Shown: positions 58,210-64,000 of the stretch, in pieces
How positions within the stretch are numbered: the first letter of the stretch is position 1
Layout: each line of letters opens with the position of its first letter
Source of the DNA: Candidatus Magasanikiibacteriota bacterium
Lineage (GTDB): Bacteria > Patescibacteriota > Patescibacteriia > Magasanikbacterales > GWA2-37-8
Reading direction: 5' to 3'
NCBI GenBank assembly: GCA_016182085.1
Contig: JACOYB010000004.1
Coordinates: 211,923-275,922 of the forward strand
DNA length: 64,000 bases
Translations under genes and position numbers: made by a program
The notes under the pieces: model-generated
Database searches by the model: none
Seen by the model: only the letters and a program-made list of their open reading frames with translations
What the model was told of the DNA's origin: nothing

Positions 58210-58887
58210 ATGAAAGAAAAGCCAAAGAAAAAGAAAATTAAAGTTCCCAGCGCTCAAAGCCATCTCCCGTTCGCGGAGGTGAAGTTTGATACCGTAATCA
58301 TGAAAGATGGAACATTGCGGGCGGTGCTTATGGTGTCCAGTATAAATTTTGCTTTAAAGAACGAAGATGAGCAAAACGCGATTATTTCTTCGTATGTTTC
58401 TTTTCTAAATGGCATTGATTTTCCGCTGCAGATTGTGGTGCAATCTCGGCAGCTATACATTAAACCATATTTGGAAAAATTGTTAAAAAAAGAACGTGAA
58501 CAAACTAATGAATTATTGCGCGTACAGATAGCCGATTACAGATCATTCGTATCCGAACTCGTAAGCCTGGGAAATATTATGAGCAAACAATTCTTTGTAG
58601 TTGTTTCGTACGATCCGCTTTCCAACAGAAAAAAAGGTTTTTGGTCTAGAATGAAAGAAGTCGTAAATCCGGCAGTGACTATAAAATTAAAAGATGAACG
58701 GTTTCAGCTGCGCAAACACGATCTTGATATGAGGGTGCGCCAAATAGAATCAGGATTAACCAGCATGAATTTAGAAGTGGTCAGGCTGGACACGCAATCA
58801 TTAATAGAACTATTCTATTCCACCTATAATCCCGATATCGCGTTTAGCGAGCATTTGCCGCCAGTGGGTGAGCTGCGAGTAGAATAG
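58210..58887 (+). CDS. VirB4-associated (TraC N-terminal-like) protein
   Basis: LRAVLMVSSINFALKNEDEQ..FLNGIDFPLQIVVQSR; lies between prgI and the ATPase. Confidence 0.7.
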   Translation: MKEKPKKKKIKVPSAQSHLPFAEVKFDTVIMKDGTLRAVLMVSSINFALKNEDEQNAIISSYVSFLNGIDFPLQIVVQSRQLYIKPYLEKLLKKEREQTNELLRVQIADYRSFVSELVSLGNIMSKQFFVVVSYDPLSNRKKGFWSRMKEVVNPAVTIKLKDERFQLRKHDLDMRVRQIESGLTSMNLEVVRLDTQSLIELFYSTYNPDIAFSEHLPPVGELRVE

Positions 58888-58921
58888 GATTTAGTACTTA
58901 GAATTTAGGATTTAATATTGT

Positions 58922-60799
58922 ATGGCTTTTAAACCAAAATTTGCTACCGGATCATTTTCCAAACAGAAAGGGCCTTTGACTAGCAAGGAAGAAGATATCA
59001 GTAAAAAATCCGGTGAGGAACTTATAACCCTGGAAGAAGAAAGGGTATATCGTGAAGGCACGGTTTCCATTAAGGATTTGCTTGCGCCTTCGGCTTTTAA
59101 TGTTGAATCAAATTTTGTAAAGTTGGGCGATATATTTTGCCGGACGATTTTTGTTGTAACGTACCCGAGGTATATTTCCATCGGTTGGAGTTCGCCGGTA
59201 TTAAATTTATCCATCACGATGGATGTGGGAATGTTTTTCTATCCCGTGAAATCCGCTATTATTTTAAAACAGTTAAAAAATAAAGTCGGCGCCTTGGAAG
59301 CGCAGCTTAACGCGGATTCGGAAAAAGGCGCGCCGCGCGACCCGGTGCGTGAAACGGCTTTGCGTGATATTGAACAGTTGCGTGATGATCTAACTCAAGG
59401 TATTGAACACTTTTTTCAATTCTCATTTTACGTAACCCTTTACGCCAAAAGCAAAGAAGAGCTTGATCAAACTTCGGAAGACGTGGAAAATATTTTTGGC
59501 TCCAAACTTATTACCAGCCGTAAAGTTTTATATCAGGCTGAGCAGGGTTTTAATTCCACCTTGCCGCTGGCCAATGACGAACTGATGATTTCATTTAACT
59601 TAAACTCTTCGCCGATTGCCGCGTCTTTTCCATTTACTTCCGCCGAACTTACTTCCGATGATGGTATTTTGTACGGCGTCAATCGCCACAATAACAGTCT
59701 TATTTTGTTTGATAGATTTTCTTTACAGAATGCCAACATGGCTGTGTTTGCGACCTCCGGTGCCGGTAAAAGTTACGCGATCAAATTGGAAATTTTACGC
59801 AGTATGATGATGGGGGTTGATGTTATCGTAATTGACCCGGAAATGGAATACAAACATTTGGCCGATGCCGTGGGCGGAACCTATATAAACATTTCTCTTT
59901 CTTCCGAAGCCAAAGTAAATCCGTTTGATTTGCCCAGACCAACCGGCGGAGAAGATTTTTCCACCGAAGATATTATTCGCGGCGCGGTGATAACCGTAAA
60001 AGGTTTGCTTCGTATCATGCTTGGCAATCTCACCACGGAGCAGGATTCTATTATAGACAGGGCGCTTATTGAAACATACGCTAAAAAAGATATTACGCCC
60101 GAAGCAGACCTCAGTGTTGTACAGGCGCCGATAGTGCAAGATTTGCAAGAAATTTTGGAAGGCATGGAAGGCTCCGGAGATTTGGTATTAAGACTTAAAA
60201 AATATACTGAAGGTACGTTTAGCGGGCTCTTCAACGCCCCAACCAATGTGGACATGAAAAATCAACTCGTGGTATTTAGCGTGCGTGATTTAGAAGACGA
60301 GCTTCGTCCGATGGCTATATACGCGATCGTTAACTATATTTGGAATGTTGTACGTTCGGAACGAAAGAAGAGAATTTTGGTAATTGATGAGGCGTGGTGG
60401 CTGATGCAGCACGAAGATAGCGCACGGTTTATTTTTGCCCTGGTTAAACGCGCCCGCAAGTATTATTTGGGGGTTACAACCATTACCCAGGATGTAAATG
60501 ACTTTTTAAAATCACAGTACGGTCAGGCTATAGTTACAAACTCCGCTTTGCAGCTCTTGCTCCGTCAGTCACCGGCGGCCATTGATTTGGTGCAAAAAGT
60601 TTTTATCCTTACCGAAGGCGAAAAATATTTGCTCTTAGAGAGTGGAGTAGGGGAGGGAATATTTTTCGCCGGTAATAAGCATGCGGCTATAAAGGTGGTA
60701 GCATCGTATACCGAAGATCAACTCGTAACCACCAACCCGGAGCAGCTCTTAGAAATAGAAAGGTCTAAAAAAGAATTTGAAAAACAAACCGGACAATAA
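58922..60799 (+). CDS. VirB4-like conjugation/T4SS ATPase
   Basis: Walker A ATSGAGKS, IDPEMEY, Walker B LVIDEAW, RARKY, TQDV. Confidence 0.9.
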   Translation: MAFKPKFATGSFSKQKGPLTSKEEDISKKSGEELITLEEERVYREGTVSIKDLLAPSAFNVESNFVKLGDIFCRTIFVVTYPRYISIGWSSPVLNLSITMDVGMFFYPVKSAIILKQLKNKVGALEAQLNADSEKGAPRDPVRETALRDIEQLRDDLTQGIEHFFQFSFYVTLYAKSKEELDQTSEDVENIFGSKLITSRKVLYQAEQGFNSTLPLANDELMISFNLNSSPIAASFPFTSAELTSDDGILYGVNRHNNSLILFDRFSLQNANMAVFATSGAGKSYAIKLEILRSMMMGVDVIVIDPEMEYKHLADAVGGTYINISLSSEAKVNPFDLPRPTGGEDFSTEDIIRGAVITVKGLLRIMLGNLTTEQDSIIDRALIETYAKKDITPEADLSVVQAPIVQDLQEILEGMEGSGDLVLRLKKYTEGTFSGLFNAPTNVDMKNQLVVFSVRDLEDELRPMAIYAIVNYIWNVVRSERKKRILVIDEAWWLMQHEDSARFIFALVKRARKYYLGVTTITQDVNDFLKSQYGQAIVTNSALQLLLRQSPAAIDLVQKVFILTEGEKYLLLESGVGEGIFFAGNKHAAIKVVASYTEDQLVTTNPEQLLEIERSKKEFEKQTGQ

Positions 60800-60838
60800 G
60801 AATATAGAATTTAGAAATTAGAATTTAACACAAAACGT

Positions 60839-61426
60839 ATGTCACTTCGCGCTCGTATTTTCATTATTATCAGTGTTGTAATATTTTTGGTTTTAGCGAT
60901 AAGCATATTCTTAATCGTAAGAAACAAAAATAAAAAAACCGAAAATGCAAATCCGACAACTACCACTACCACCAGCACAAGTAACAATACTCAGTCGGGC
61001 AGTCAGGTCGTGGTAGATGGCCAGCTGCCAACCGGACTAACGGCCCGAACACCAACCTCGCTAGAGGTGGAAAAAAACAACGTAGAACAGCTCGCTAAAA
61101 TTTTTGTAGAGCGATACGGATCGTATTCTACGGATAATGAATTTCAAAATATTAAAGAATCAGAGTCTTTGGTTACAAAGTCGTTATGGACAAAAATCAG
61201 CGCTGGCATGAACGTAAAAAGTACCAGTCAAGGTTTTTTGGGGGTTACTACCAAGGTAGTTAGCGCTAGTATTACCGACTGGTCTGCGAGCAAAGCTACG
61301 GTGCAGCTGCGGCTCATGAGGGAAGAAAATAAAGATGGCACGGTTTCCAATCGCTATCAAAATGCAACTGTGGAGATGGTTAAACAAGGTAATGTATGGT
61401 TGGCAAACGCGCTCGCTTGGAACTAA
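60839..61426 (+). CDS. Membrane-anchored protein, possibly VirB8/NTF2-like
   Basis: N-terminal TM, Thr-rich linker, FVERYGSYS; follows the ATPase. Confidence 0.6.
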   Translation: MSLRARIFIIISVVIFLVLAISIFLIVRNKNKKTENANPTTTTTTSTSNNTQSGSQVVVDGQLPTGLTARTPTSLEVEKNNVEQLAKIFVERYGSYSTDNEFQNIKESESLVTKSLWTKISAGMNVKSTSQGFLGVTTKVVSASITDWSASKATVQLRLMREENKDGTVSNRYQNATVEMVKQGNVWLANALAWN

Positions 61427-62061
61427 TTAAAGGCTGGGTAAAAGACTGCCTCTTTCCCAAATTTTGTGTCGGTTGCAAAGCAGAAGATCTGTGGTTGTGC
61501 GATGGTTGCGCTGGTAAAATTATCAAGATAAAAAACACTTCTTCTTCGGAAGGTAAGACCGTGGCCCATATTGATAGGGTGATGGCCTTGTTTGATTATG
61601 GCGAAAATATAGTTTCAGAATTGATTAAACTGTTCAAGTATAATTATATAACAGAACTTACGGAAGTATTTAGAAAAATTGTTAATGATATTAATATAGA
61701 GTTTGATGATAAAAATTTTATGATTATGCCGGTGCCGCTGCATGCGCGGCGCCAGCGGGAAAGAGGGTTTAATCAGTCTGAAATTTTGGCAGAAATTTTT
61801 GCTGAAAAATTACATTTGCAAGTAAATAAGGATTTGCGCCGCGTTATTTTTACGCAGCAGCAAGCGGCGCTATCGGCCGAAAAGCGGTTGGTTAATTTAA
61901 AAGATGCCTTTGCTTTTGACGCTGTGGGGCAAGCAGTTCCGGAGAGAGTTTTATTGGTAGATGATGTATTTACGACTGGAGCCACAATGAGCGAGTGTGC
62001 CAAGGCGCTGAAAAATAAAGGAGTAAAGACTGTTTATTGTTTAGCGCTGGCTAAAGGCTGA
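61396..62061 (+). CDS. comF: ComF-family phosphoribosyltransferase-like competence protein
   Basis: CxxC..CxxC, PVPLH..R.RERGFNQS, LLVDDVFTTGAT. Confidence 0.92.
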   Translation: MVGKRARLELIKGWVKDCLFPKFCVGCKAEDLWLCDGCAGKIIKIKNTSSSEGKTVAHIDRVMALFDYGENIVSELIKLFKYNYITELTEVFRKIVNDINIEFDDKNFMIMPVPLHARRQRERGFNQSEILAEIFAEKLHLQVNKDLRRVIFTQQQAALSAEKRLVNLKDAFAFDAVGQAVPERVLLVDDVFTTGATMSECAKALKNKGVKTVYCLALAKG

Positions 62062-62065
62062 GGCC

Positions 62066-62395
62066 TTAAAAAGGCAGTAGGGCGCGAGCGTCAGGATCCA
62101 TTCTGTCTAGTGTCCATATTGGCTCCCATACCAAATCTACCACAACCTTTTTTACTTTGGGTAATTTTTTCATCTCTTCTTTTATCTGTTCAATAAGACT
62201 AGCGCCATACGGACACCCCATGCTGGTAAAAGTCATAGTAACAAGCGCTTGGCCGTTTTTTATTTCTACGTTATAGATCAACCCCAATTCTACGATTCCC
62301 ATACCCATTTCGGGATCAAAAATAGTATTGAGTATTTTCCAATATTCCTGGGTTCGTTTTTCCGGCGGAATGGGAAAAGTTTTTTTGTTCAACAT
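62066..62395 (-). CDS. DUF59/SufT-like Fe-S cluster assembly factor
   Basis: DPEMGMGIVELGLIY, TFTSMGCP, WEPIW. Confidence 0.88.
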   Translation of the reverse strand: MLNKKTFPIPPEKRTQEYWKILNTIFDPEMGMGIVELGLIYNVEIKNGQALVTMTFTSMGCPYGASLIEQIKEEMKKLPKVKKVVVDLVWEPIWTLDRMDPDARALLPF

Positions 62396-62500
62396 ATAAC
62401 TTACCAATATTGTTTCAATTGCTATGAAGCCTCTGGAGAAAAAGATGGTTTATCTTAATCAAACTGCAAATACGCCAAAAAGTCAAGAAAACTACATTAA

Positions 62501-63049
62501 TTACGGAATGTACTGTTCCTCAATCTTGATGATGCTACCGTCTTTTGTTGTAAAGATGAAAGGAATCTGCTCGGCGAAATCGTGGTTTTCGAGCATTTTT
62601 GCAAGATCGGCAAGGTTGATTTCGCGATGAACCGTATTGAGTTGCTCATCTTGTTTGATTTCGCCGGATGGACCGGGGGAGAGAACTTGAATCTTTATAT
62701 CGGGCGTCATTGGCAAGGTCAGTGTTTTTTGCGTTTCGCGGATGAAAAACGGATTGGGCAGACATTCATCCTTCTCGATGCGTTCAAGCGTACAGCGCCC
62801 GGTTTCAAATGCGGTCTGCTCTTGATTATCAGAGCCTTGAACCCACTCGACCAAGCGCAACTCTGCATTTTTGCTGTCGAGTTTTACAATCTTTCCGTAA
62901 AGCTTGGCGGTATCAGTAACGGCTCTGGTCGTGGCGTTCTCCGTTTGAGTGGGTTCGGAGGAGGGCACCTTTTTTACCGACAGAGATCCGAAAAAGTAAG
63001 CGGCTACGATAACGGCAACATAACCGAAAATAATTAAAGTTTTTTTCAT
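62501..63049 (-). CDS. Hypothetical exported protein
   Basis: 182 aa, N-terminal TM. Confidence 0.7.
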   Translation of the reverse strand: MKKTLIIFGYVAVIVAAYFFGSLSVKKVPSSEPTQTENATTRAVTDTAKLYGKIVKLDSKNAELRLVEWVQGSDNQEQTAFETGRCTLERIEKDECLPNPFFIRETQKTLTLPMTPDIKIQVLSPGPSGEIKQDEQLNTVHREINLADLAKMLENHDFAEQIPFIFTTKDGSIIKIEEQYIP

Positions 63050-63084
63050 ATTTATTTAAAAATTATTTTTTTATTATCTGATTT

Positions 63085-63453
63085 TTAATTTTTTGTTAAT
63101 TTTAACGCCTTTTGTAGAGCACTTAATCCAAGTAGCGCGCATTTTATTCTGCCAGGGCTTATAGTTACCCCTAATAAATCATAAATATCTTTTGGCTTTA
63201 ATTTTTTTAGGGACGAAATTTTTTTACCTTCAACCGCATCGCAAAGTAATGATATAGATGCTTGGCTGATAGCGCAGCCATTGCCTACAAATCCAATTTT
63301 TTCTACAACATTATTTTTTATTTTTAAATCAAGTTTTATCACATCCCCGCAGAGCGGGTTGTGTTCGGTAGCACTCACTGTTGCATCGTTAAGCGCGCCC
63401 GTATGGTGCGGATGCTGATAGTGATCCAAAATTGTTTCTGTGTATATGTCCAT
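63085..63453 (-). CDS. sufU: Fe-S scaffold SufU/IscU
   Basis: NPLCGD, GCAISQAS, RIKCALL. Confidence 0.92.
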   Translation of the reverse strand: MDIYTETILDHYQHPHHTGALNDATVSATEHNPLCGDVIKLDLKIKNNVVEKIGFVGNGCAISQASISLLCDAVEGKKISSLKKLKPKDIYDLLGVTISPGRIKCALLGLSALQKALKLTKN

Positions 63454-63489
63454 AAACTAGGTAGTAGAGGGTAGTGAGTGAGGAGTAGT

Positions 63490-63648
63490 TGTCATCCCTT
63501 CGACAGGCTCAGGGCAGGCTCTGAATGAAGTGAAGGATATCCGTCAGTTCAATTGTCATTCCCATTGCAATGGGAATCCAGACAATCGTCGACTGGATTC
63601 CCGCTTTGGCGGGAATGACAGAGATTCTTCGCTCTGCTCAGAATGACA
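63490..63648. repeat. Nested palindromic elements (three units)
   Basis: Outer TGTCAT..CTGAATGAAG/CTTC..CAGAATGACA; inner 63554-63620 ATTCCC-N8-GGGAAT type; CCCTTCGACAGGCTCAGGG unit at 63496-63518. Confidence 0.8.
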
Positions 63649-63662
63649 GCCTGTGGGTATGA

Positions 63663-64000
63663 CTATAATTTAAATGTTTTTAATACTTTTTTCAAAGCTT
63701 TTTCAGCCGTATCAATATCTTTTTTTGTATTATATATATAAAAACTCATGCGCGCGGTGCCGTATACTCCCAGATAATTCATGAGCGGTTCAGCACAATG
63801 CAAACCAGATCGAATGGCTATGCCTTCGTTGTTAAATATCGTGGCAATGTCATGCGGGTGCACTCCGCTAATTGCAAAAGAAATTATGCCGCCCGCGTGT
63901 TTTTGAGAAGGTGAAAAGATTTTTACCTGCGGATACTTTGCCAGCATTTTTTTGGCATAGGCAAGCAGTTCTTGTTCGTGGGCCATAATTTTTTTAAATC
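63663..64000 (-). CDS. sufS: Cysteine desulfurase SufS (C-terminal part)
   Basis: HPHDIA, IAIRSGLHCAEP, RMSFYIYNT. Confidence 0.9.
   Translation of the reverse strand, partial: FKKIMAHEQELLAYAKKMLAKYPQVKIFSPSQKHAGGIISFAISGVHPHDIATIFNNEGIAIRSGLHCAEPLMNYLGVYGTARMSFYIYNTKKDIDTAEKALKKVLKTFKL

Noticed and set aside
58886-60826. Short degenerate 7-mer tandem repeats at gene junctions (58886-58912, 60799-60826; also 34554-34573)
   Set aside because: Too short and degenerate to assign a function.

Overview
Low-GC bacterial chromosome segment, most likely Patescibacteria (CPR). This is inferred from the split comEC, VirB2-like pilin, chromosomal PrgI/VirB4/VirB6 cluster with a giant Cys-rich protein, and core genes lacking Shine-Dalgarno sites. 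Housekeeping genes include tsaD, HU, rny, truB, infB, trxA, leuS, nusA, yidC, groES/EL with CIRCE, prfB, tsaC, rsmA, comF, sufU/sufS and two two-component systems. The main candidate novel system lies just downstream of tRNA-Glu (about 1713-6770). It is a recombinase-less array of co-oriented, unrelated gene cassettes (orphans, a eukaryote-like purB, a toxin-antitoxin pair). Five cassettes each end in a 31-bp direct repeat whose consensus last four bases (CTAC) match the tRNA 3' end, and the most distal copy is the most decayed. This suggests serial, polarised site-specific gene capture at the tRNA. The second theme is several families of small palindromic elements. They nest in each other, flank a DUF559 nuclease gene, and sit in frame inside tsaD, truB, leuS, tsaC, rsmA and an O-antigen-ligase-like gene. 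LeuRS also carries inserted NUDIX and alpha/beta-hydrolase domains. All calls were made by eye; no database searches were run.
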